Origin: Bigelowiella natans CCMP2755 | Taxonomy: Eukaryota; Protista; Cercozoa | Assembly (NCBI GenBank): GCA_000320545.1 | Contig: ADNK01000875.1 | Location: 1 to 64,000, forward strand | DNA: 64,000 bases | Reading direction: 5' to 3' | Shown: piece after piece, positions 52,371 through 64,000 of the stretch | Layout of the letters: the number at the start of each line of letters is the position of its first letter | Position numbering within the stretch: the stretch's first letter is position 1 | Made by a program: the position numbers and the translations under genes | The notes under the pieces: generated by a model | What the model saw: only the letters and a program-made list of their open reading frames with translations | What the model was told of the DNA's origin: nothing | The model's database searches: none

Positions 52371-55300
52371 ATGTCGGGGCTGAAAAAACTGCAGCACCTT
52401 TCATTGGTGCAGAAGGTGTGTGAAGAGCTGGAAAACCACCTCGGTATTAATAATAAGGATCTCGCTGAGTTCATTATACACCTCGCATCGAAAGCAAAAA
52501 ATGGCCAGGATTTTCAGAAGAAGGTTTCTGAGAATGGTGCCGAACTCAAAAGCGCCTTTGCAGAGAGTCTCTACAGGATCATCAGTGTCATGAAGCCAAA
52601 GAGTAACGTCGAATCGGGGAAGAAGAAGGCGAAAAGGGGAATGGATAATGAAAAATATATATCAGATCATAAGAATAAAAAGGCCCATGCATTTCCTGGT
52701 CTCGCAATGCCAAACCGGTCAACAGATCACCTTTTGAAAGAAGACGAACCAGTGAGCAGCCGCGATAATGGCGACCGATATGATTCAAAAAATTACAAAG
52801 ATGAATATGGCCGTGATAAGAATCGTAAAAGCAGGTTTGACAGGGATGATGAAGATGATCGAGGAGGGGGGAAACGCTATCGACGCGGTCGACACGGTGA
52901 TGATTCCCCGCCGAGCAAAAGGAGGCGTCCGAAGTCAAACGTTCCAGAGAAATACGAGATATATGATGGAACCATCTCGAAGGTCATGGACTTTGGTGCG
53001 TTTGTGTCTCTCGATGGGTTTCCCGGTCGGGTTGAAGGTTTGGTCCACGTTTCTGCAATACGGCCAGGAGGGCGTATCATGGATCTCAAGGGTGAGATCA
53101 AACGCGGGCAAAAAGTCAAGGTTAAGGTTCTTTCAATGATAGGCTCCAAAATCTCGCTTTCCATGCGCGATGTAAACCAAAAAACCGGCGAAGATCTCCG
53201 ACCGAACACGAGAAGAAACATGGAAAGAGCCCGTGAGCAAAAGCCAAGGGTTCAACGCAAATTTGAGGATGACCATGTTCGCCCAACCAAGACCCTATCG
53301 GAACAGGAAAGGTGGGAACTTAACCAGCTAATAGCAGCTGGTGCCATCCCAAGATCAGAGGGTGTAATGAGCACCGAAGATTCTGAAGGCAAGAAAGTCA
53401 TGGTGGTAGAAGACGCAGAGGAAGAACTTGAAATTGAGCTGCGCGAGGAAGAACCTTCATTCTTAAGGGGACAAACAGAGCTTTCAACAGATCTTTCCCC
53501 GGTGAAAGTAGTCAAGAATCCTGAGGGGAGTCTTAACCGTGCTGCATTGACTCAAAGCGCCCTGGCGAAGGAGCGTCGAGAGCTTCGTGAGCAACAACGA
53601 ACGCAGATGTTAGATAAAATCCCTCAGGACATCTCAAAGTCATGGGAGGACCCAACAGCAAAAGCTCAAGATAGGCACCTTGCAGCCAGCCTGAGAGATA
53701 TCGGTCAGGGTGTAGGGTATGAGATCCCAGAGTGGAAGCGCGAGACCGTGAATAAGAACCTTTCCTATGGTATCATCACGAATAAGTCCATTAAAGAGCA
53801 GCGGGAAGGGCTGCCGATATATAAGCTACGCAATCAGCTGTTACAAGCTGTTGCTGATAACCAAGTCCTTGTCGTCATTGGAGAAACGGGGTCTGGAAAG
53901 ACAACCCAAATGACGCAGTATCTCGCTGAGGCAGGATATACGTCCAAGGGGAAAATGATTGGTTGCACCCAGCCTCGTCGTGTGGCAGCCATGTCTGTCG
54001 CCAAGCGTGTAGCTGAGGAGTTTGGATGTCGCCTTGGCCAAGAGATTGGTTATTGCATCCGTTTTGAAGATTGCACTGGACCCGAAACACAGATCAAATA
54101 CATGACCGACGGTATGCTTTTAAGGGAGATTCTTGTCAACCAAGATCTGAAGCGCTACTGTTGCATCATGCTGGATGAGGCACACGAGCGCACGATTCAC
54201 ACCGACGTTCTGTTTGGGTTGCTCAAATCACTTGTCAAGCGTAGGAAGGATTTGAAGCTAATCGTTACCTCTGCTACCTTAGATGCTGAGAAGTTCTCCA
54301 ACTACTTCTTCGACTGCCCTATCTTCACCATCCCGGGGCGCACGCACCCTGTCACCATTCTCTACAAGGAAGAGCCAGAGCAAGATTATCTAGATGCAGC
54401 ATTGATCACCGTGATGCAGATCCATTTGTCGCAGCCCGCAGGGGACATTCTCCTCTTCCTCACGGGAAAGGAAGAAATCGATACGGCATGTGAGATTCTA
54501 TACGATCGCATGAAAGCTCTGGGCCCTGATGCCCCTGTGCTGCACGCTCTTCCGGTGTACTCAGCACTGCCTTCGGAACTCCAAACACGAATCTTTGAGC
54601 CTGCTCCGCGAGGGACACGCAAATGTGTCGTTGCTACCAACATTGCAGAGGCCTCGCTTACTATTGACGGCATCTATTACGTCGTAGACCCTGGCTTTTG
54701 CAAACAGAACGTCTACAACCCAAAGCTAGGAATGGATTCCCTGGTCGTCACCCCGATTTCGCAGGCATCAGCAAATCAGCGAAGTGGCCGTGCAGGACGT
54801 ACAGGCCCTGGGAAGTGCTTTCGGCTTTACACAGAGACGGCTTTCAAAAACGAGATGCTCCCATGTAATACCCCGGAGATCCAACGTGCGAATCTTGGGA
54901 ACATTGTCCTAACGTTGAAGGCGATGGGTATCAACGACATGCTTGGCTTTGACTTCATGGACCCCCCTCCAGTACAAACTATGGTAACGGCTCTGGAAAC
55001 GTTGTACACGTTGGGGGCCCTCGACGAGGAAGGCTTGCTTACTCGTCTCGGAAGAAAAATGGCCGAGTTCCCGCTGGAACCATCCCTCTCCAAGATTCTC
55101 ATCACGTCGGCAGATCTTGGTTGCTCCGAAGAAATCCTCTCCATCGTTGGCATGCTCAGCGTCGAGGATATCTTCTACCGACCAAAGGAGAAGCAAGCGC
55201 AGGCTGATATGAAAAAAGCCAAGTTCTTCCAGCCCGAGGGCGATCACCTGACGTTTCTCACCGTGTACCAGAGCTGGGCACACAACAAATTCTCCAACCC

Positions 55301-55778
55301 GTGGTGCTACGAGAACTATCTGCAAGCGAGAGCTCTTCGCCGGGCACAGGACGTGAGAAAGCAGTTAGTGCAGCTCATGGATCGATACCGTCTGCCGATC
55401 GAATCGTGTGGCAAAAACTGGAATCGGTTACGGAAGGCCATCACCAGTGGATACTTCATGAATGCCGCCAAGAAGGATCCGCAAGAAGGCTACAAAACTA
55501 TCGTCGAGGGCCAACCCGTGTACGTGCATCCTGGCTCTGCCCTGTTCAACCGCCAACCTGACTGGCTTATCTACCACCAGCTTGTCCTCACCTCGAAGGA
55601 ATACATGCGCAGTTGCATGACAATTGAGCCCAAGTGGTTGGTGGAGCTAGCACCCAACTTCTACAAGAAATGTGATCCTAACGTGCTCAGTAAGCGTAAG
55701 AGAAGGGAGAAGATTGAACCCCTCTATGATCGATACCATCCTCCAAACGAATGGCGTCTCAGTCGTCGTCGTGGTTAA
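52371..55778 (+). CDS. DHX8: Pre-mRNA splicing DEAH helicase PRP22/DHX8, intronless
   Basis: S1 domain, [35 protein letters not shown]-terminal [16 protein letters not shown]. Confidence 0.97.
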   Translation: MSGLKKLQHLSLVQKVCEELENHLGINNKDLAEFIIHLASKAKNGQDFQKKVSENGAELKSAFAESLYRIISVMKPKSNVESGKKKAKRGMDNEKYISDHKNKKAHAFPGLAMPNRSTDHLLKEDEPVSSRDNGDRYDSKNYKDEYGRDKNRKSRFDRDDEDDRGGGKRYRRGRHGDDSPPSKRRRPKSNVPEKYEIYDGTISKVMDFGAFVSLDGFPGRVEGLVHVSAIRPGGRIMDLKGEIKRGQKVKVKVLSMIGSKISLSMRDVNQKTGEDLRPNTRRNMERAREQKPRVQRKFEDDHVRPTKTLSEQERWELNQLIAAGAIPRSEGVMSTEDSEGKKVMVVEDAEEELEIELREEEPSFLRGQTELSTDLSPVKVVKNPEGSLNRAALTQSALAKERRELREQQRTQMLDKIPQDISKSWEDPTAKAQDRHLAASLRDIGQGVGYEIPEWKRETVNKNLSYGIITNKSIKEQREGLPIYKLRNQLLQAVADNQVLVVIGETGSGKTTQMTQYLAEAGYTSKGKMIGCTQPRRVAAMSVAKRVAEEFGCRLGQEIGYCIRFEDCTGPETQIKYMTDGMLLREILVNQDLKRYCCIMLDEAHERTIHTDVLFGLLKSLVKRRKDLKLIVTSATLDAEKFSNYFFDCPIFTIPGRTHPVTILYKEEPEQDYLDAALITVMQIHLSQPAGDILLFLTGKEEIDTACEILYDRMKALGPDAPVLHALPVYSALPSELQTRIFEPAPRGTRKCVVATNIAEASLTIDGIYYVVDPGFCKQNVYNPKLGMDSLVVTPISQASANQRSGRAGRTGPGKCFRLYTETAFKNEMLPCNTPEIQRANLGNIVLTLKAMGINDMLGFDFMDPPPVQTMVTALETLYTLGALDEEGLLTRLGRKMAEFPLEPSLSKILITSADLGCSEEILSIVGMLSVEDIFYRPKEKQAQADMKKAKFFQPEGDHLTFLTVYQSWAHNKFSNPWCYENYLQARALRRAQDVRKQLVQLMDRYRLPIESCGKNWNRLRKAITSGYFMNAAKKDPQEGYKTIVEGQPVYVHPGSALFNRQPDWLIYHQLVLTSKEYMRSCMTIEPKWLVELAPNFYKKCDPNVLSKRKRREKIEPLYDRYHPPNEWRLSRRRG

Positions 55779-56589
55779 GCGCATTATACGCTACGCTACA
55801 CGACAAAATCCGTATGGATGCAACGACTCAAAGGCAGATGAGGAGATATCGTTATCCGCCTACTATCCGTTGTACAATTATTGTAGTTGTTTGTATCTTT
55901 AGTGCAGCGTAGTATCTGAGCTATCAAATGATGTAAAAAAAAATGCATTTTTATTATATAAAGTGACAACAGACATATGTATATTTTCATCTTTATGTCA
56001 AGTGTGCATTGACAAACACAAAAATACATGATCTAGATGATGTATTAATGTAGGCGACGTATGAAAGCGCAGTAGCTTTTGGGCAATAATCTACCATACG
56101 AGCATGCCATCTAGGCATGCTGCAGCTCGGTGTTAACGCTGCTAGTGTCATGACAACGACGGTATCGGTCTCCATGACGTTTACATGTGCGTAGCCATAC
56201 AGGTTACTGTGGCCATTCATCGCAGTGCATTGTTAACATTGATCAGCTAGCTATGAGCACACGCAGTAAAGCAACAAGCGCAATGCAAGAGCCTAGCTAG
56301 CTAGATAGGCTGATCTGAACTCTGAATCAACATGAATCTCACTGATGTGTACCAAAATCGCGCGGTGTTTTGCCCAAGTGCATGTATGGCACAGTTTGCC
56401 ATCTTGCATGCTAGGCCGCCTCCTCATACAATTGATCACAACAAGGTTAAGAGCCTACTATGCATGTTAGCTATGCACAATGCGACATCAGGATTAGAGG
56501 AACTAACGAAACATGCCGCTGTTTAGCACTGACACATGCACTCATGTTGGAGGCAGTTCTTGTAAACTAGAAGCTTCATGTTCAATTCA

Positions 56590-56651
56590 TTGCACAGCTA
56601 CATCAGGATGACCATTGAAAAAATTTAATTCTTCATTGCATCCGTCTCATG
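56590..56651 (-). repeat. Dispersed two-hairpin repeat, partial copy with several TA->CA/TG differences
   Basis: ttgcacagctacatcaggatgaccattgaaaaaatttaattcttcattgcatccgtctcatg. Confidence 0.88.
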
Positions 56652-56925
56652 TTCAATTCAAAATATTCACACATCATTGCACATAGCTAGATAGATTACA
56701 GTATCTGCGGCACATACACCGCATCTAGACAAGTCGGCAAGTTGCCAAGTGACTGAGTGTTACTTTACTCGTTGCTACCACGCACAAACTAAATCTATAC
56801 ATGCAATTATGTGCATAAAAATAGATGAGAGCCAGATTACTCTCTGCACGATGAATGGTGACGTTTTCATGATCAACATTCTATCTGAGTTATCTAGTTT
56901 TAGGGCCCAGCACAAGTTTGCATCC

Positions 56926-59900
56926 TCAGCTCTGCGGGTACCGGAACCATCCCCATCCAGACCTAAAAAAAACAGCAAAGAATGTAGCGGATAAATAGCT
57001 GCACAAATTGTTGCGGTTAATCTGCCCCCAGAATTAAGATATATTTGCAAAGCTAGAAGAAGAGTATCAGCCTACTTGTCTCCTCCTCCCTCCCTCGATT
57101 GCTTCTCGATCTGGGCAGTGACAAATGTATCGATAGCGATGCTTCCTGACAACAGATGAAAATAAATATGTTGTGAGGAGACACCGCTTTTCTCCGTCAA
57201 GAGCTGATAGACTAGTTATTGGCCAGACCTCTTCTTTCTCTGTCCACGCTTTGGAAAAACTGCTGAAACTCTTTCCATTGAGGGATCCGCTTGTATCCAA
57301 AGTACCTGTGTCGTTCGTGTACGAGTGTTTACCATATGTTTTCGATGCAGAAGTATCATTTGCCTATTTATGTGCGTATCAGCTCTAAATCTACAATCTA
57401 TTGCTAGTAATGTTGTTATTGGTTCTGCTGCTGCTCCGCTACTTTCGAATCCCCGGGTCCTTCTTCATAGCGTTGAAGAGTTCCTTCGGTTTTACGCCGC
57501 CTTTTCGGTCCGTGTAAGGCTTGAACATCGTGAAAAAACTGAGAAGAAAAGAACAAAGATAATGGAGAGAGGAACGAGAGAGTAAGACTCACAGTCACCA
57601 AGGAGTTTATTGAGGAGGGGTAAGATTGATTGAGAGGAATAGCAAGAAACCTTGCTATCATATGCTTTAGAGCCGCCGAGAAGGATATGAAGTCTCTAGG
57701 TGTCATAGTTCCTTCCCTCGAGGGCGACGATGCAAACTTGAACATCCCTGCAGAGCAGTAGATAAGGAAGGAATAACACGTGTAATGTGCATAGATCAGC
57801 GGGTAGTAGGCGTTGCAGAAATGCAGATTCAAAAGGAGGGATGCATACGTTTGAATGCGGAGAAATTCAGCGTCTTCTTAAAGCCATAGAACCTGATTTA
57901 AAAATAAAAAGTGTCGGTTTTGAAAAAAAATAGGCGGCAGAGATGTTGGAAAGCCTCCTTTATTACCTCCTAACCCTGGGATCCGAGCGGATCGCATCAA
58001 ATGCCAGTACCCGCTCTACCCGCTTGGTTACAAACGATCCTGGAGTTTTTATATTATTATTATTATTACTATTATTATTATATCATCAATTAACGTCTCC
58101 TCCTCCTCCTCCTCCTCCTCCTCCTCCTCCTCCCTCCTGGATTTAGTTTATTTGGCGCAAAGCAACCCACCTTCCCACACTAGAGCTCTGCGGAAGAGGG
58201 AGAAGATCCTGGCCTCCTCTCTAGCGTACACTTTACGATGGAGAATCCGAAAGATTTGCAAAACCTAATATCCAAGCCGTACATGCAATGTCAGCTGCAA
58301 TGATGTAAGAAGAAGAAGAAGAAGAAGAACGGGAAGAAGCACATTTTGTAAACACAGTGACACACATTACCATCATCAATTTGGGTTCGAAGGAATCCTT
58401 CTTCCTGCGTAGGATTGTAGAAAGTGATAAGATAAAAGGACAGCACGAGGACGGGGGGGGCATCGTAACTAATTGATCAACTATTGCCATGAATAAAATC
58501 TAGTCAGACGGCAAATCTCACATTCATTCCTTAATACAGGGAAGGACTTTGTGTATGGGTACACCACCTGGCCTCAAGCTTCCACGTTCCTTTCTTGGCG
58601 ATGTGCTCCCAGCCGCAGATATGAAGAATACTATTCACAAACGCCGTCCGTGGTGGGTCTGGAAACATCGAACCGATACCCATTAGATCACGCTTGTTTG
58701 CATACACCACCACCAATCACACCAATGCAGATCTAAATCGAAGTGTTATCGAAGCTGGGAAAATTGCTAAATTCCTCTCTTACGATAACAAAGCTATATT
58801 AGATGCGAAAAACGTCACCACCTCCAGACTGTTTCTTCTCTCTCTTTAGGGATTTCTCGTTCAAGCGCTTAAGAATCTTTCTAGACTCTAATTTCCGGAA
58901 TTTGTCGTTCCGTGGATGGTCTATGATGCGAGTGAAGTAGTGTGAGAAAAAGGCGGAGAGGCAAGCAATGGAGTCAACGTTGCCCAGGTCCTCATCTCGC
59001 CTAACCATTGAGAGTTTTCGCTCCAGCTCAGAATGAGCGTCTAGATTGTGAATACAACGCTTATCAATTCGCTGCAGCAAGTGATCAGAGACGTAGTTGT
59101 CCTGCATGTCGACAGAGTGTAGCGTCTCGTTGCCTCCAAAGGAAAGCGCCGCCATAATCTCTGCGGCCCCATCATCCGTGATGTCGCAGGACCATAGCAC
59201 TAGCTCGCTAATGCTTGTGTTTTCTGGCGACGAGAGGAGGAGGAGGAGGAGGAGGAGGAGGAGGAGGAGGAGAGAATTATGAGAAGAGCAATATATTGAA
59301 GATCAGAGAAGAGGAGATAGGTGTATATAAATAAATATATATCATGATCGTGGATGTTATTCACATGCCTCTTAGAGCATCTGCCAGGCTCGCAATGCCT
59401 GCATCTCCGATGGGATTTCCACTCACGTCAAGTCTGCGTATCTGACACCCGGGTCTTGAGAGGAACGCCGCAAGCGCCCGGCATCCACGAGCACCGAAGT
59501 TGTTACAATTGAGCCTTAGCTCTCGGACCTCGAAGGAGTGACTACGGAGCTCTTCTGCTAAATGCTGTACAAGCGTGTCGTCGATGCCAAGAAAGCTTAA
59601 GTCCAACATCGCATCCATCGTCCTTGTCGCTCTCCGGATACGATCTGGCAACGACATCGCAAGCGAGACTCTAAGCGCATCTAGCTGGATCTTGTGCTCT
59701 GCCCACGACTGCCAATTCTCGACGTGAATCGCTTCTTTTTCCGCAATCTCGTACATCTCCACCGGACTGTAGCGCCGCCAGTCGAGCCCTGAGTGCCAGA
59801 ACCACTCCTGCGTCTTAGCGAACTTGAGGCAGTATACAAGCTTCGATACGAAAGCCTGGGCCTTACGCGTGATCTCCTTGACCTCCTCCACCGTCCTCGC

Positions 59901-62900
59901 TTTCTCAGCTGGAGGCACCACCTCCTTAATTCGATACGACCAGGCATCGCGATTTAGTCGTGAATTAAAACGGAGGAAGAGAGTGCCCTCCTCCTGGTTC
60001 GTTGGCGAGGTAGTTGGGCTATGCACGTTGCCGAGGTCCTCCTTCATCTTGGGGCTGATGAATATCCCCGGCTGAAACCCTGTGTCCTTCATGGTAATCT
60101 GCGTGCCTGGGTAGTGCCAACACGTCGGGGAGATGATCAACATTGCAAGAAATATTGGAATAATGAGGAATAATAGATTGTAGCTTTTTGCTAATAATTT
60201 ACTGAATCAAACAACTCTCCCTCCTAGACAACAGCAGTTAGTACTAGTAATCCTACTGCTACTTACAACTGACTATAGGTGGTGTACTATATAATGCTGA
60301 CTGACCAGCTGGTAGTGTCACGGAAATGAGCGGGGGTGAGCCTTCTACCCTCGAGAGTACAATCTCTGGTTCTTCTCCCGAGAAAACGAGTTTGCACCAT
60401 CTTTTCTCGAACCCGGAACCTCCTTCCTGGCCTCCCTCCCTGGCATAACAAAGACCCTCCTTTATGCAGCTCTTGCCATACATCCTTGTCAAAAAAACAC
60501 GATGAGCAGCCCATATCACGTCCGATGGAATACCCGAGTTAAGGGGTGCCTCTAGTATGAACGACATGTTCTCAAGGAAAGATCTGAACTTGGCCAGAGT
60601 ATGCGTGCTCCGCTTCTTCTCGTTGAGGTCCTTTGGATGCGGCAGCTCCGTCAACTCTCGCCCAGGAACCCACCCGATGTCCTGCGCCTCCTCTATCTTT
60701 CTCGATATTATGCGAAGGTCGCCTACCTTTCTTACGATCTGCCATTTCCTCACGTCAGCTGGTTCTTGGCCCTCACCAGCATCTTGCGGCGGTGCCTTGG
60801 TAGCCACTACATTTATTATATAGCTTGTACTGTTGTCTCCTTCTTTTCCCGGGTTTATTTCTGCTGTGAGCTCATACGCACGCTCCTGGGGGTGGGCAGT
60901 AAACTCAGCAGGTCTCTCACCCTTTGGCAGCATGGGTGAACGCGTTGGGAACTTTCGAATAGGATTTTGGGCCTGAAATGCATTCAACGTCACCCTAGGC
61001 TCCGTCCATCCTCCATCCACATCTCGCCGCTCCTTAATGTCCTTTTCGCCGCCAGTTGGAGAGCGAACCATCGGGGAGCTTCGGGAGAGTACATGCCCCC
61101 CCTTCCTCTTTTGTGTGTCTTTCTTTTGAGCAAGCTGTTTTGTGCTGCCTGCTATGGATGGTGATGCGTCCTCCGCATTGTTGATCACAGCAGTAGTCTC
61201 CAATTGGTGTTCTGGCTGCCTATTCTTCTGCGCGTTCGAGCCATCTCTAATGACAACTTTATCTGCTCCTTTCACTAGTGGCAACGTAGGTATATTACCT
61301 TCCGCGGCTATCATCGATTCTTGCGCATTGCTGTTATCGTCCTTTGTGTTGTCGCCCTCTGTGCTGATTTTGGTCATCTCTGCAGCATTGGCAGTATCTT
61401 CTTCCCTTCTTATTTCTTGTCTCAGTCGTTTCTCCTCTTCGGCCTGTTGCTGTTCCTTTCTCTGCATCTCCTCCGACTCTTCGATTGCAGCTCTCTTCTT
61501 TTCCCTCTCCCTCTTCTCGATCTCCATCTCTTCCATCTTCTTTCTCTCCATCTCCTTTATCTTCTTCTCCTCGCGCTCTCGTTTGGCCTTCTGAAGCGCT
61601 TGTTGCCGTTCGCGCAAGCGATCTTCTTCCCGCTCTTTCTGCCGCTGCGCGGCCTCTTCCTTACGCCTTTTGGTTACGCTTCCAGGTGAACGAAGCTCCA
61701 TAGCAAGATCTTCTGTCAGGATGTCTAAGATGCCTTGGCCAAGTTGTCTTTCGTTGTGAGAATTGTCTTCATCACCACCACCATCATCATCATCATCATC
61801 ATCATAATCATCATCATCATCTCTATGGGCATTCTCGTCGTCGTCATCATCCTTTTTGTCGATTGAAGAGTCCAGCCGGGGGGCGGCTTGATTGCGGGTG
61901 CTTCCAAAGAGAAGAACGCTCTTCTGAGACACGCCCGTCTCCTCGGAGTGAAAGGTGAGAATAGGCAGCGACTTCAGTACTGATTCTGGAGTCATCGCGG
62001 AAAGTCTCGCTAGAGCATTCGAGAGCTTTTCGGGTGAGCGCACGTACGAGATGTCCTCAGGATCCAATGGCCGGCTACCAAGTCCCAAGGAAAGATCGGC
62101 GAACATCTCAGTGATTGCCCTGGCATTTACTTCGGCTGCCCAGCTTCCAGGCGCTGCTGGTTCCATGATTTGGACGTCATCAACCTTCAACACATCTTTC
62201 AGAAGCATCAGGATATGGGTTCCGGATGCAAGCGCCACGAACACCTCTCGCCCTTCCGGTAGAGATGACGACGCAGGATTGAAGGACGGCAACACTGCCA
62301 ACTTGTAGATGTTGAAACAACTCAAAGTTAGTCGTCGTTTGCTCAGGGAACGAAGGGGAAGGGAGGGGAGGGAGGGAAGTAAAGAAAGATAGATAGATAG
62401 AGAGAGAGAGAAATGTATTGAATACGAACATACGTGATGTGCCATCCAACGAGAGATTTGGGTCCCGATGAGCATGATTGCATCGTACTTTCCCGTAGTA
62501 ACAACAGCGCCATCTTTCATCATCACTGGCTTGGACGAGGAGGAAGAGGAGGAGGAGGAGTCCGCATTGCAGGGAGGGGAAGAGGAGACTCCTGCAGCTC
62601 TCAACCGTTTCACTCCTGCTTCGTATTCTGATTACACATTATCATTAATTATACACAACCCTATTATTAAGAGTACATGCGAGAAGAAACAGAGACTTTA
62701 AGTTGAAAACAACAGCAGCACTATTACTACCTGTTATCCTGCTCCTTCGTTTGTGCTGAAGTTTATTTTTACTCTGAATGCCTCTCACAAATGCCTGAAA
62801 AGAGGAGGGGGTGGAGGAGGAGAGGAAGTAAAGTGAAGAGGATAGATGAAGGTGCAAAAGAAAAGGACAGGGGAGGCTGACAGAGATGGAATCAGGTAGT

Positions 62901-63257
62901 GGCAAAATAGGTAGTGGCAAAATACTATATCTTTCCTTCTCGCGGCCCCCCGCCCCCCCCCCCCCCCCCCCCCCTCTCTCTCTTTCTCACACACACACAC
63001 ACACACACACACATAAAATATAAGTCATAACACTTAATATCAAGTAAAAGACCTGGAGTGTGTAGGAGGCTACCGTTGCGTGACGAAGGGAGAAGATGTT
63101 ACGGATACGCGTGTAAGCCTTTTTATACACAACAACAGACAAGTGAAGTGTGCTCAGAGAGAAGGGATATTATGAGCGAGGAGAACAAGCACATAATGAA
63201 TGAAGAAAAGAAGGATTATGTGATATTTCTTTCTTCAATTCCTGGGACAACATATTA

Positions 63258-63300
<43 letters not shown>

Positions 63301-63428
63301 ATGCGACATACATGATACTTCGTAAATATTTAGTATCTGTCCCTATATTATTACCTTGACGACTGCCATACAACGAACGAGCTTCTTATGAACGAGATGC
63401 CTGCGTGTGTGTGTATGTGTGTCTGTCT

Positions 63429-63471
<43 letters not shown>

Positions 63472-63489
63472 CTGGTCTTGCAATGACAA

Positions 63490-63529
<40 letters not shown>

Positions 63530-64000
63530 CACATCGATGATCGTAGTTTCCTTTTCTACTATTTGCTTTCAATTCATGAACATTCTGCTGTACAGTGCAG
63601 ATGCTCTACCGTTTGATGGCATGTCGCGCCTCGGTGTTGCCGACGATCTTCTTCGCCTCCATCGGGTTAAGGAGCCTCGAAACAACATCTTGCATGTTCT
63701 CCCGGAAGAAAATCTTAGTGAGTCCAATCTTGATGTCAGGTGCGGAAAGACCGAAGAAGAGGAATAAAACCGCCTCGCAAACATCACGGGGGTTTGCCTG
63801 CTTTAAATCGCTGCTGTCATCTCCAAAGCAGCAGCTGTTTTTGTATAATGCGTAGATTTTCTTGATTTCGATGCGGGTGGGAAATCCAAGCTTTATGATT
63901 TTCAACGCCTGGATGAGCCCCCCTGATTCCAGCTGATCTTCCACAAGCCTTGCAGCCTATTAACGGTGAACGATCGAACAACATGAGGAACAAAACACAT
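56926..64000 (-). CDS. Unconventional myosin, 3' part: end of motor, IQ, CH-like, coiled coil, PX-like, PH, RNI-type LRR, PUB-like, EF-hand-like; starts beyond the right edge, stop approximate
   Basis: Motor end QLESGGLIQALKIIKLGFPTR...IGLTKIFFR. Phase-compatible exons lead through TLQAFVRGIQSK into the 60259-62613 ORF. LRR motifs LRLNCNNFGARG, LDVSGNPIGDAG, LWSCDITDDG. Confidence 0.8.

Noticed and set aside
58531-58716. VVVYANKRDL suggests an Arf-type G4 motif
   Set aside because: It is preceded by an in-frame stop and no other G motifs are present; the downstream part fits better as the second half of the PUB-like domain.
62894-62923. 15-bp tandem duplication aggtagtggcaaaat
   Set aside because: An isolated intronic duplication; not an array, and no element lies between the copies.

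Overview
Gene-dense, intron-rich eukaryotic nuclear DNA with GT-AG introns and many microsatellites. Signal-peptide plus transit-peptide leaders suggest an alga with a complex plastid, possibly a chlorarachniophyte; this is inference only. I reconstructed about 20 protein genes by hand-splicing: a hypothetical gene, a sterol desaturase/FA hydroxylase, an AIG1-like membrane protein, a stand-alone Venus-flytrap protein, REX1-B, LSG1, a small mitochondrial protein, a coiled-coil protein, SRPK, cyclin L, a small TM protein, a secreted GH-like protein, a K/R/E-rich LRGG protein, GH30 glucosylceramidase, a SET-like protein, an alpha/beta-hydrolase pseudoenzyme, ZRANB3, a Tctex1-domain light chain, intronless PRP22/DHX8, and the 3' part of a myosin with an unusual tail. 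The strongest non-coding signals are these. (i) Gene strand alternates almost perfectly (18 of 19 junctions). (ii) Tail-to-tail spacers are rich in CTAG/AGCT/TGCA/CATG. (iii) A ~0.9 kb island has almost no TpA except inside CTAG. (iv) An ~80 bp two-hairpin repeat occurs only in tail-to-tail spacers, and its copies differ preferentially at TpA (TA vs CA/TG). Together these suggest a TpA-directed DNA modification or hypermutation system acting on termination or silent regions. No rRNA, tRNA or CRISPR was recognised. Exon boundaries were read by eye and are approximate.
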